Shown here piece after piece: positions 50,328 through 60,758 of a stretch of DNA of 64,000 bases. Origin of the DNA: a virus (taxonomy: Duplodnaviria; Caudoviricetes). Below the pieces are notes generated by a model. The model was given only the letters and a program-made list of their open reading frames with translations, was not told where the DNA came from and made no database searches. The stretch is taken from the IMG/VR virus record IMGVR_UViG_3300010338_000575, one strand, 5' to 3'. The stretch's first letter is position 1; every line of letters starts with the position of its first letter. The position numbers were made by a program, and so were the translations under genes.

Positions 50328-50990
50328 ATGAATAAATTAGATTTAAATAAATTAAAGAGTGAAATTGAAAATAAAAAACAAAAAAAGGGGGATGTGACAA
50401 CACCAAATAGTGCACCTAAATTTGTTTTCCTAAATGGTTTATTAGAATCGTTAAATACTGGTCGTGAAACCCAATCAACCGTTTTGTTAAAACATGTGGA
50501 TAATACTGTATCGAAAAAAAAGGGTGATGAAATTGTATATAAAAATATTCCAGAAGTAGCACCACCACATCTGCAACAGAATAATATTAATAGACCAATT
50601 AATAATATTGATTTGAATGATAGAGATGATAAATTTTATATGGATTTAGATAAGAAACGTCAAGAAACTCTTGCAGATTCAATTGAAAAATACGTGCAAA
50701 ATAATGTTTTTAATAATGGTGGTGCTAATTTATATAATAAACAAACATCTGACTATACAACTTCAAATGGTGTTCAATTAAGTGACAAAATGAAAGAACT
50801 GATAATTGAATTTCTTGGTGATAATTTAGTCCCAATAATTGAAGATACAATAAAAAATGTAATTATTGAAATGTATACAATTGAAAGAATAAAAAAATCA
50901 TTAAATGATAATAAAGAAATAATACAAAAAATTGTTTACGATTATTTAAAAGAAATAAAAGCCAAATCGAAACAAAACGGGGTGAAATAA
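50328..50990 (+). CDS. Hypothetical protein
   Basis: 220-aa ORF followed by a hairpin at 50974-51004. Confidence 0.55.
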   Translation: MNKLDLNKLKSEIENKKQKKGDVTTPNSAPKFVFLNGLLESLNTGRETQSTVLLKHVDNTVSKKKGDEIVYKNIPEVAPPHLQQNNINRPINNIDLNDRDDKFYMDLDKKRQETLADSIEKYVQNNVFNNGGANLYNKQTSDYTTSNGVQLSDKMKELIIEFLGDNLVPIIEDTIKNVIIEMYTIERIKKSLNDNKEIIQKIVYDYLKEIKAKSKQNGVK

Positions 50991-51057
50991 AATCACCCCG
51001 TTTTCACATAAATTAGTATTTATTATTAAAATAATAAAAATAAATAATATTAATTTT

Positions 51058-53586
51058 ATGTCTAATTTCGATTTTAATTCATTTTTAGATAAATTTAAAA
51101 AAATATCAACTTTTATTGGTAGAATTAATTTTGCTAATGAACATTTAGAAAAAATCGGTAGTGGTAGTGGTAGAGTTGTTTATAAAATTGATGATTATAG
51201 AGTATTTAAAATAGCAAAAAACAATAAAGGTGTTGCACAAAATGAAGTTGAAATAAGACTTAGTGATGATATATATGCTCCTGATATAATTACTAAAATA
51301 TACGAATATGCAGATGATTATAGTTGGATTATTGCTGAAAGGGCAAAGAAATTATCATTGGGTAGATTTAGAGAATTGACAAATGTTAATGATTTGTATA
51401 AATTAAAAAACTATTTAGAATGTTCAATAAACCCTAATAAATGTTATTATGGTAATGTTGACGAATTGAATAAAATATTTGATGATAATGAATTTGCACA
51501 AGAATTGTTAGATTTGGTAGTAAATTTTAGTATAAGCGTTGGTGATTTTGGTAGATTAAGTAGTTATGGCGAAGTGGTTCGAGATGGTGAATCTCTTGTT
51601 GTTATTACCGATTATGGTCTCAATGATGAGGTGTATGAAAAGCATTATAATCCACAAAGAAAGGGGAATTTAAAACTATATGAAGTATTTCCATTTTTTG
51701 ATGGTAATTACGATATATTATCAAATGTAAGTGGTGATGGTGATATAAGAAAATCAATGTGGGCATTATTACCATATGGTGTTGGTGATGGTATTAATGC
51801 TGTTAATGAAAATTTTGTTAATTTTGTTTTAAAAAACGATAAATATCCATCCAAACCAATAAAGGATATATATAAATTAGAAAATTGTTATGTTGATTGT
51901 GTATCTAATTTAAAAAATATATTAATCAATATCGCAGATATTGATGATAGAAAAAGATTCATTACTAATTTAGTTAAATTACAGGAATATTTAAATAAAC
52001 ATAGTGTATTTGGTTTTGATGAAATATTAACAGAAGATATTGATGATGATGCAATACCTAAAGTTGATAAATATAATAGTCCTTTTGTTGATTTAAATTA
52101 TTGGTATAACATTGCTAATGATTTAAGCGAAATGTTGGGTTTGGGTGGTTTAAAATATATAAAAGGTGGTGGTTTTGGACATGCATATAGAGCGGGGGAT
52201 AAGGTATTAAAATTGACAGTAGACCCATGTGAAATTGATTCTGGGATAAAAATTATGGGTGTTAATAATGCTGTAAAACATTTAGTCCATGTTTATAAAC
52301 TCTATAAAGTTTTTAATACTGAAAAGAATTTATCGTTTTTTATATTGGTTTTGGAATATATTGATACAACACGTAATTCAGAATTTAAACAATACTATGA
52401 TGTTGGTAGTGATATTTTAAAAAAGTGGGATTTATTCGATAGTGTTTTTAATTTTATATCAAAATTAAAGAATAAAAATTATACATTAGAAATGTATAAA
52501 AATGCAATTGATCATATATTAACCGACGATGCTTTAGGCTATGATTACGAAACGAGAAAAAATGCACATAAATTTTGGATGGAATTGTATCTAATAAAAA
52601 ATGAAATAAATGAATTGAATATTAAATCAACTGATTATTTAAATTGGGATAATCTTGGTTATAGGGGTGATGTATTGGTTTTTTTTGATTTAGGTGGTTG
52701 TCGCCCAGATGAAAATGTTGAGAACAAAATTCCTCTTATTAAATTACCAGAAAACGTTGAATACATTAATGAAAATTTAAATTATGATGAAATTGCAAAT
52801 AAAATAGCAAATAAATTAAATATTAAGGTATTTGATAGAATTGGTGCTGGTAATTTTGGTGTTGCATATGACATTGGTAATAATTTGGTTATGAAAATAA
52901 CAAATGATAGTAGTGAAGCGTATGAAAATTTGAAATTAATTGGTAAGCCATTAAAATATATTGCACAACCATATAAGGTATATAATGTAAATAAAAATGA
53001 CAATAGTGTTACAAAAAAATTATATGTTATTATTTTAGAAAAATTAAAAACAAGTTCAGATATTCGACAATCCTTTGAAAGATTAACATATGTTTTTAAG
53101 AATATTTTTAATATTGATTTGCCCGATGCTGTTGAACATTTTTTAGATATTTGGAAAAACGATAAGATTGATGTGAATAAAATAAATGCATATTTTAGAA
53201 AAAATCCACATGATGCAGAATTTTTCAACGGATTATTAAATATTGGAAAAGAATTGATGAAATACGATATTGTAAGTATGGATTATTTAAAATGGGAAAA
53301 TCTTGGTTATAAAAATAATAATATTGCATTTTTTGATGTTGGATTTGGTAATTATTTTAATTCACCAGATGATGCAGAAACAATTGATATTGATGAGGAT
53401 GGTAGTTCATTATATTCAACCACTAATACTATTGGTAATGATGATTATCCCGTTTATAATCAGGATAATATTCCACCAACAATTGATAATAATATTGATG
53501 TGAATACTGCAATATATTCGGAAAATAAAAAATCATTTCTTCCAAATTCAAAAATTGTTACGATTAAAAAAAAAAGTGTAAATTAG
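51058..53586 (+). CDS. Protein with three tandem protein-kinase-like domains
   Basis: GSGSGR..FK..E..DYG; GGGFG..LK..D...N..FFD; GAGNFG..MK..D...N..FFD. Confidence 0.75.
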   Translation: MSNFDFNSFLDKFKKISTFIGRINFANEHLEKIGSGSGRVVYKIDDYRVFKIAKNNKGVAQNEVEIRLSDDIYAPDIITKIYEYADDYSWIIAERAKKLSLGRFRELTNVNDLYKLKNYLECSINPNKCYYGNVDELNKIFDDNEFAQELLDLVVNFSISVGDFGRLSSYGEVVRDGESLVVITDYGLNDEVYEKHYNPQRKGNLKLYEVFPFFDGNYDILSNVSGDGDIRKSMWALLPYGVGDGINAVNENFVNFVLKNDKYPSKPIKDIYKLENCYVDCVSNLKNILINIADIDDRKRFITNLVKLQEYLNKHSVFGFDEILTEDIDDDAIPKVDKYNSPFVDLNYWYNIANDLSEMLGLGGLKYIKGGGFGHAYRAGDKVLKLTVDPCEIDSGIKIMGVNNAVKHLVHVYKLYKVFNTEKNLSFFILVLEYIDTTRNSEFKQYYDVGSDILKKWDLFDSVFNFISKLKNKNYTLEMYKNAIDHILTDDALGYDYETRKNAHKFWMELYLIKNEINELNIKSTDYLNWDNLGYRGDVLVFFDLGGCRPDENVENKIPLIKLPENVEYINENLNYDEIANKIANKLNIKVFDRIGAGNFGVAYDIGNNLVMKITNDSSEAYENLKLIGKPLKYIAQPYKVYNVNKNDNSVTKKLYVIILEKLKTSSDIRQSFERLTYVFKNIFNIDLPDAVEHFLDIWKNDKIDVNKINAYFRKNPHDAEFFNGLLNIGKELMKYDIVSMDYLKWENLGYKNNNIAFFDVGFGNYFNSPDDAETIDIDEDGSSLYSTTNTIGNDDYPVYNQDNIPPTIDNNIDVNTAIYSENKKSFLPNSKIVTIKKKSVN

Positions 53587-56500
53587 GTGGTTTAGGTAAT
53601 GTAAGTGCTGCTTGTAATCAGGGTGATATTAATAATTTATCATTTTCATTTGTTAAAGAAAGTGTTGGTGATAAGTTATTTCAAAATAAATTTCAATACA
53701 AGTCTGATTTTGATGATTTTGAGAAAAAATATAGAAAAGAATTTGCAAATGATTCAGAAAATATTGTATATTCAGAAGATAATGATTTTTTTATTATAAA
53801 AAATCCCAATAATATAAATAATTTAGATTCAGATGTTCGTGCTATTGGTGATGATGATGGTAATTTGTACGTTGAATCATATCCCAAATATACACATTCT
53901 GATATGCATAATATTTTAAGGTATAAAGGAGTATTAACAAAAAGTTATGATGAGAATTGGCATAAATCATACCCTAAAAATTATATCTATTTACAAAGAA
54001 TTGGTGATACCCAAATATTTGTATTAGCAGAATCGTATTTAATTTTAATATATGATGATGATAGATTTCCCGAAAATTATGATTTGCCTTCAAGAGAAGA
54101 AGTATTACCAGTATTTAAATTGTTTTTAGATAAATTAAAACAAAAAAATCCAAATATTGATTTTGTTAATGAATATATTAATTATTATGTGAATGAAAAT
54201 ATTAATGAAAATGATGATATGAATAATAACGGTGAAAAATACTATCGTGCCGTTGATAAATATTTAGGCAAATATGCTAAATTTAAACCAAATGGTTATT
54301 ATGAAGCAATTGATGATAACAATAATCCCATTTTCAAATATGATTCATTTTGGGAAAGTGAAATACCCGAAATTGCTGCTAGTAAACTTATCGGTGGTGC
54401 AATTATGGGTTTATATTCAATGTATTTAGAAAATAAAAAAACACCCAAAACGTTTTATATATATGAAATCAATGAAAAACCAGACATTGATATATCACAT
54501 TGGAATATGGGTGATTTTGCGTATTTGAAAGAGGTTCGATATAGGAGACCTGTTAGTGGTCGTTATGTTGGAAAATTTATATTTGATGATGACACAATAA
54601 AAAGATTTGAAGTGTTTTATGAAATAAACAATATTGATGGTTGGGGAAGTGAGTATGATATTGATGATGAAACGATTGAATTATTTAATAAAACGAATTT
54701 TGGTGAATTGTTACGTGATTTAAAAAATAAATTAAGTGAAAATAATAAAATTAATGAAAATGATTTAATTAAATTACACGAACTACCGTTTAAAGATGAG
54801 ATTAAAAAATTAGGTGGTAAAATATATAGTGTTGGTGGTGCTGTTCGTGATGAATTTCTCGGAAAAAAATCAAAAGATTTGGATTTACTAATTACTGGAA
54901 TCCCAATGAATAAATTGGAAGAAATATTATCAAAATATGGTCGTGTTGATGTTGTTGGTAAGTCTTTCGGTATTTTAAAATTTAAACCAAATGGTTTTGA
55001 AGATGATATTGATATTGCGATTCCTCGTACTGAAAGACCAACTGGTGCTGGTGGGCATAAAGGTTTTGAAGTAATATCAAATCATGAACTTCCAATTGAA
55101 AAGGATTTAGAACGTAGAGATTTTACAATTAATGCAATTGCGAAAGATATTAATGGTAATATAATTGATCCATACGGGGGTGTTGATGATTTAAAAAATA
55201 AAATAATACGTATTGTTAATCCAGATGCGTTTAGTGATGACCCATTAAGAATGCTTCGTGCAGTACAATTTGCAAGTCGTTTTGGTTTTAATATTGAACC
55301 CAAAACATTGAAAATGATTCAGAATAATGCACATAGAATCAATGAAATATCATCTGAGAGAATATTGACAGAATTTGATAAAATTATAAAAAAGGGTGAT
55401 TGTTTTACTGGTGCGTTTTTATTAAAACAAACAGGGTTATTAAAAAATATATTTGGTAAAGATGGTGGTATTTTGATTAATGATGATGTTTGGAATAATG
55501 TTAGGACGATGGGTGAATTTATTTATTTACTTTCACATAATATTGTTGATAACCCTGCTGAGTTTTATAAAAAGAAATTAAAGGGTGATATTGATACATA
55601 TAAAGAAATAAGGGCACTTCAATTAGCATTTGAATATGGTGATGTAAATAATCCAATCGAATCACGTTCAATTGCACATAATATGTATGTTATAAGTCCC
55701 AAAACATTAGATAGTATGATTTTACCTAATAGTATAAAAATTGCTGCAAATGAATTATTATCAGGTAAATATCCGAAAACTATTAATGAACTTAAAATAA
55801 ACGGAAATGATTTAATTTCAATGGGATTGAAGGATAAGGAAATTGGTAAAATGTTAAAACAACTATTATTAAAAATATATGCAGATAAGATAGTTAATGA
55901 TAAAAAAACATTACTTGATTTTGTGAAAAATAGTACACAAAAAATTAATGAGAATGGTGTATCATTATCGCATCTAAATTATAGTTTAAGATATCCTAAT
56001 AAAGACGTATTAGTGTTTGTGCCTGTTGATAAATTATTATCACGACACGAAATAGATGATCCAGATTACGCAATTACTAATAAAAATAATCAAATTGGCA
56101 ATCGTGTTGAAAGAGCAAAAGAATTTTTACAAAATTATGTTGATGATATTTGTTGGATTAATCCACAAACTGGTGTGCGTAATGATAAATATAATGTAAT
56201 TTTTGAACCATCAATTGCATATTTTTATAATAATAAATTAAAATTTAGTGATGGTAGGCATCGAATATTGGCTGCGAAAGAATTGGGTTATGATAAAGTT
56301 GCGCTTGAAATACCACAAGAACAATTAGATTTATTTGTTAACGAATTGGATGCGGAAATTGTTGATAAAAAAATAAATGAGGGAAAATGGTATGTTGATG
56401 GTAAATTGGTTGATATTAATTTTTTTATAAAAAAATTTGATGAATGGAATCAAAAAAACGGTGGTAAGTTTGAAATAACAAGAGAAGTTGTAAAAAATTT

Positions 56501-56618
56501 TTTAATATCAAATTTTAAAAAATTAAGCAACAATAAATGGTTATTTAATGAATTGGTATGGGCGTTAAATGATAGAGATTTGTTAAATGAAAATCTTTCT
56601 AAACGTGATAATAATTAA
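53568..56618 (+). CDS. Multidomain protein with a CCA-adding/poly(A) polymerase-type nucleotidyltransferase and a ParB-like domain; probable frameshifted continuation of 51058
   Basis: VGGAVRD, DLD, RRDFTINA, DPLRMLR and SSERI motifs; DGRHR. Frame is open from the A10 run at 53566-53575, well upstream of the listed start 53865. Confidence 0.8.
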   Translation, partial: KKKCKLGGLGNVSAACNQGDINNLSFSFVKESVGDKLFQNKFQYKSDFDDFEKKYRKEFANDSENIVYSEDNDFFIIKNPNNINNLDSDVRAIGDDDGNLYVESYPKYTHSDMHNILRYKGVLTKSYDENWHKSYPKNYIYLQRIGDTQIFVLAESYLILIYDDDRFPENYDLPSREEVLPVFKLFLDKLKQKNPNIDFVNEYINYYVNENINENDDMNNNGEKYYRAVDKYLGKYAKFKPNGYYEAIDDNNNPIFKYDSFWESEIPEIAASKLIGGAIMGLYSMYLENKKTPKTFYIYEINEKPDIDISHWNMGDFAYLKEVRYRRPVSGRYVGKFIFDDDTIKRFEVFYEINNIDGWGSEYDIDDETIELFNKTNFGELLRDLKNKLSENNKINENDLIKLHELPFKDEIKKLGGKIYSVGGAVRDEFLGKKSKDLDLLITGIPMNKLEEILSKYGRVDVVGKSFGILKFKPNGFEDDIDIAIPRTERPTGAGGHKGFEVISNHELPIEKDLERRDFTINAIAKDINGNIIDPYGGVDDLKNKIIRIVNPDAFSDDPLRMLRAVQFASRFGFNIEPKTLKMIQNNAHRINEISSERILTEFDKIIKKGDCFTGAFLLKQTGLLKNIFGKDGGILINDDVWNNVRTMGEFIYLLSHNIVDNPAEFYKKKLKGDIDTYKEIRALQLAFEYGDVNNPIESRSIAHNMYVISPKTLDSMILPNSIKIAANELLSGKYPKTINELKINGNDLISMGLKDKEIGKMLKQLLLKIYADKIVNDKKTLLDFVKNSTQKINENGVSLSHLNYSLRYPNKDVLVFVPVDKLLSRHEIDDPDYAITNKNNQIGNRVERAKEFLQNYVDDICWINPQTGVRNDKYNVIFEPSIAYFYNNKLKFSDGRHRILAAKELGYDKVALEIPQEQLDLFVNELDAEIVDKKINEGKWYVDGKLVDINFFIKKFDEWNQKNGGKFEITREVVKNFLISNFKKLSNNKWLFNELVWALNDRDLLNENLSKRDNN

Positions 56619-56672
56619 ATAATTAATATTATTAATGAAAATAATTAGTTTTATATTCAATATAAATATAAT

Positions 56673-56834
56673 ATGAAAGAAGCAAAAAAAATTAAACCAG
56701 AAGATGTTGCAAAATATCTTGATTTGGAAATTGAATATGATAATGCATTATTATTAGAAGAAATGTTAAAAAAAAATTATGAAATTATAATGTCAGATTA
56801 TTTTGAAAATAATAACATTAACATAAAAAAATAA
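56673..56834 (+). CDS. 53-aa ORF not in the supplied track
   Basis: MKEAKKIKPEDVAKYLDLEIEY...; resembles the C-terminus of the ArdC-like protein (KHITPMDVAKVLGVTDEY). Confidence 0.45.
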   Translation: MKEAKKIKPEDVAKYLDLEIEYDNALLLEEMLKKNYEIIMSDYFENNNINIKK

Positions 56835-56842
56835 ATTTTATT

Positions 56843-58387
56843 ATGAAAAAAAATATTAATGAAGCCTTTGTTGTTAGTAAAAGGTTTGATAAAAAAGGAA
56901 ATCCAATTGCGTTTATTGATCCAACCAAACCCGAAAATAATAACACATTTAAATATAAAGATATTTTAAAAGATTATGGTGCTAAATGGGATGGTGAAAA
57001 TAAATATTGGTTTTGGTATATTGGAAAAAATAAAGAACAATGGAATAATGTCTATCATAAATTTATCGAACCAGCATAAAAAAAAATACATTCAATGGAA
57101 AATGTTGGTGAGGATGATAGTAAACAATCATTGATTAAATCAATAGAAAATGTATTAGAAGAACTTAATAATACGCCAGTTGGTAGTGATGAAAATGTTA
57201 CTAATAACGATAAGTTTGATGTTAAAAATAGATTGCAAAAATTTAAAGAAATGTTAATTAATATTGATAATGATGAAGATTTTAAAAAAACAATGAGATC
57301 AATATTAGCATTTAAAAACTTATTGGGACACATATATAGTTTTCGTAATACATTGCTCATTTATATACAAAGACCAGATGCTCAAATGGTGAAAAGTGAG
57401 TTGAATTGGAATGCCGTAAATAGAGAAGTTGTTGATAAATCAAAAAGAATACTAATTATAGCACCAGCGAGAAGTGCTTTTAAAAGATACACACCTGATG
57501 AGAAAAAAAGAATTATCATTAATTTTTTAAATTCGTTGGGTAAAAAATCAGAAGATGAATTAACATTAGGTGAAAAAGAAAAATTAAGAGTATTGTTGCG
57601 TGGTAAATTGGTGAAAAATGAATTTGAATTAGCACCTGTTTATGATATTACTGATACTAAACAAATTGAAGGTAAAGAGAATTTGGTAAAAGATGTTGAT
57701 GATTTCATAAATATGAAATGGTATGTTGATGATTATAAAACGAGTGAAATAACACCATTATATAACGCTTTATTAAAATTTGCCGATGAAAATGGAATAT
57801 CTATTAGTTTTGAGGAAAAAGATTCTAAAATATTAAAAGGAGCAAGGGGTGCTAGTATTGGTGGTAAGATTTATGTTTTAAAGAACGATGGTAATGATGT
57901 TGGAATTACAAAAACACTTGCACACGAAATATTTCATGAATTGCTACATCAAAAATATTTAAGTCAAAAAAATTCAAAATATGCAGCATATTTTGTCGGT
58001 AATGAGAATGGTAGGGGATTGGTTGAACAACAAGCAGAATTATCTGCATGGATGTTATTGGCATCGTTTGGTTTTGATTTAAAAACCACATCAATAAATT
58101 ATGTTGCAATTTGGGGTGCTGATAAGGATGCAATGGTTCGTGTGTTTGATACAATTGCAAATGTTGTGAATTTTATGATAGATTATGTAAATGGTGTAAT
58201 CACAACATTTGCATCAACAAATGTGAAATTAAGTGAGGTTGAAAATATTGTAAAAAAAGGAAAACATATCACGCCAATGGATGTTGCAAAGGTGCTTGGA
58301 GTTACCGATGAGTATAAAGAAGTTCTGAGTGATTTAAGAAATAAAATTAATGAACATTTTTATAGATTTGTAAAAAGAAAATTATAA
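56843..58387 (+). CDS. ArdC-like ssDNA-binding plus metallopeptidase protein, interrupted by in-frame TAA at 57077
   Basis: YSFRNTLLI.IQ.P.A (ArdC-N), VYDI.DT, TLAHEIFHELLH and EQQAE motifs; ORFs 56843 and 57095 share a frame. Confidence 0.7.
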
Positions 58388-58432
58388 AAATTTTGAAATT
58401 TTTTATACCTTTGTAAAAAAAACATAAAAACT

Positions 58433-58810
58433 ATGAATAAAATTCGATATAGTGCAGTTGTATTGGATGAAAAATCACATAATGAAATTGTTAATCGATT
58501 TAAAACAATAATTCCAACTGGTTGGGAAATAATTGCACATCACATGACGATTAATTTGGGTGAACTTGATGAAAAATATAAAAAGTATTTAAATAAATCA
58601 GTAAAATTAATTGCACATGATATTGGTATTGATGATATGGCGGTTGCAGTTGGAGTGTCTGGTTTTTTTAGTAAAAATAAAAAACCACATATCACATTAG
58701 CGGTTAATAGAAAAAATGGTGGTAAACCTGTAATGTCGAATTATATAAATGATTGGATGCCATTAACAAATCCAATCGAATTAATTGGTATTGTTAAAGA
58801 AATTGAATAA
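58433..58810 (+). CDS. 2H phosphoesterase
   Basis: Two HxT motifs, HHMTI and PHITLA. Confidence 0.8.
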   Translation: MNKIRYSAVVLDEKSHNEIVNRFKTIIPTGWEIIAHHMTINLGELDEKYKKYLNKSVKLIAHDIGIDDMAVAVGVSGFFSKNKKPHITLAVNRKNGGKPVMSNYINDWMPLTNPIELIGIVKEIE

Positions 58811-58812
58811 TT

Positions 58813-59370
58813 ATGATAAAAAGATTAGTAGCGTTTGATTTTGATGGTACTTTAATAGATTCACCATTACCTGAATATGGTAAATTAGTTTGGTCTGAAA
58901 AAAAGGGAATTCCATATCCACATTCTGGTTGGTGGAGTAAACCAGAAAGTCTTGATATTGATGTTTTTGACATAAAACCCAATCCCGTTGTATATTCGCA
59001 ATATTTAAAAGAAATATCAACACCAAACACATATGTTATTATATTAACATCGAGACTAAAAAAATTAGAAGAACAAATTAAATTGGTATTAGAACAAAAC
59101 AATATATTTGTTAATGAAATCAATACAAAAAATACAAACGAAACTAAGGGAATTAGAATACTAAAATATTTAGACAAATTTCCTGAAATAAATGAGATTT
59201 CAGTATTTGATGATAGTATTGATGTGATTGAAAATGAATACAATACAATTAAACACTTATTACCAGATAATTTATCGTTTAATATATATTTTGTTAATAA
59301 TAATAAATTAACATTAGTTGAATCAAAAATAATTGATATTATTAGGGATGAATTAATAAAATTAATTTAA
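58813..59370 (+). CDS. HAD phosphatase, RNA-repair (Swiss-army-knife) type
   Basis: FDFDGTL.DSP, WW..PESL, LTSR and FDD motifs. Confidence 0.75.
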   Translation: MIKRLVAFDFDGTLIDSPLPEYGKLVWSEKKGIPYPHSGWWSKPESLDIDVFDIKPNPVVYSQYLKEISTPNTYVIILTSRLKKLEEQIKLVLEQNNIFVNEINTKNTNETKGIRILKYLDKFPEINEISVFDDSIDVIENEYNTIKHLLPDNLSFNIYFVNNNKLTLVESKIIDIIRDELIKLI

Positions 59371-59401
59371 TAGTATTTATTATATAATAAATAAAAATTT
59401 T

Positions 59402-60223
59402 ATGCATAAAAACGGTAGACCATATTATTTACCACAAATAAGTGCGCCATATAATATTGTTTTAGATAAATTGAATGATGATAATATTGGTTATAATATC
59501 ATTAGATTTAAACCCAATGATAATGATAAAATATTACCATCACAAAAGGTTATTTATTCAGATATTATTGAAAAATGTGAAATAAATAATAATAACCCGA
59601 TTTGGTTATCAACTGATAATGATGTATTAACAATTTGTGATGGACATCATCGTTATTTTAAGGCTCTTTATGATAATGTGCCGATATTAGGTATTGTATT
59701 GAATGTCTGTTTTAACGATGCTTGTCGTATTTTAAATAAAATTCAAGATATTTTTGATTATGAAAAATCTAAATCAATTGAAAATGACGTTAATCAAAAT
59801 ATAATTGATTTGAAACAAGATGATGAAAATCAATTTTTAAATGCGCTTGAAGAACATAATGGTTTATTAGGTGGTAATAAAAATAATAAAAAAATAATTG
59901 CATATAGAAAAGGTTCAATTATTGAAAATTCGGTTATTGGTAATTTTTTTTGTTTAAATCCAATTAAGGGTTATGATAAATACGAAATTGAATTTGATAA
60001 TTTATTGGATGTGAAAGACTTGGGTGTAAAATATAGAAAAAACGAAAAACCCGTAGATATTTTGTGTAATATTTGGTTTCCGCATATTAATTTTAACACA
60101 CTCGCAAGTAAATATAACGTATCTTTGGATAATTTAAAATATAAGGCAATTACAGAATTTGCAAAAAAATTGGGTTATGACGGTGTTAAATATGATGATA
60201 ATTTAATACAAGGGTTTAAATAA
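59402..60223 (+). CDS. ParB-like domain plus possible ADP-ribosyltransferase-like domain
   Basis: PSQ..PI..DGHHR; C-terminal AYR..GNFF..LGYDGV.Y. Confidence 0.5.
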   Translation: MHKNGRPYYLPQISAPYNIVLDKLNDDNIGYNIIRFKPNDNDKILPSQKVIYSDIIEKCEINNNNPIWLSTDNDVLTICDGHHRYFKALYDNVPILGIVLNVCFNDACRILNKIQDIFDYEKSKSIENDVNQNIIDLKQDDENQFLNALEEHNGLLGGNKNNKKIIAYRKGSIIENSVIGNFFCLNPIKGYDKYEIEFDNLLDVKDLGVKYRKNEKPVDILCNIWFPHINFNTLASKYNVSLDNLKYKAITEFAKKLGYDGVKYDDNLIQGFK

Positions 60224-60251
60224 TAACATAATTATAATAATATAATGAAAT

Positions 60252-60629
60252 ATGACTAATTATAAAATATCAAACATTACAGATAAATTGAATAAAAGAG
60301 ATGTCAACTATAATAAAATCATTGATTTTAAATTTGTTGACGGTATGTATGTTAGACACATAAAAATTGAACCGGGTGATTTTGTTGTATTAACAATATC
60401 AAAATTACCAATATCAGTACAAAAATATAAATTAAAAAATTTGATAAACATTGAAATAATTGGTGATGATGTTTTGAAAAATTTAAGAGAGTATAAAAAT
60501 ATGGGTATTGTTAATAACAATAAAAAAGATAATATTGACACAATTGATAAGAATTTTAATAGTAAAAAAAATGCTACAAAAAGGAAAAACGAAAAGAGTG
60601 AAAACGTTTCAACAGATTCTGATAAATAA
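60252..60629 (+). CDS. Hypothetical protein
   Basis: 125-aa ORF followed by a terminator. Confidence 0.5.
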   Translation: MTNYKISNITDKLNKRDVNYNKIIDFKFVDGMYVRHIKIEPGDFVVLTISKLPISVQKYKLKNLINIEIIGDDVLKNLREYKNMGIVNNNKKDNIDTIDKNFNSKKNATKRKNEKSENVSTDSDK

Positions 60630-60652
60630 TATTGTGTTATAATAGTTACAAT

Positions 60653-60685
60653 AAAAAACCAGCAAAAAATTTTGCTGGTTTTTTA
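60653..60685 (+). terminator. Intrinsic terminator
   Basis: AAAAAACCAGCAAAA...TTTTGCTGGTTTTTT. Confidence 0.8.
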
Positions 60686-60758
60686 TTTAAATTTCAATAT
60701 TTTGTGCCGATAATCGTATATTATTATTGAATAATAAAATTTAATAAATTTTTATAAT

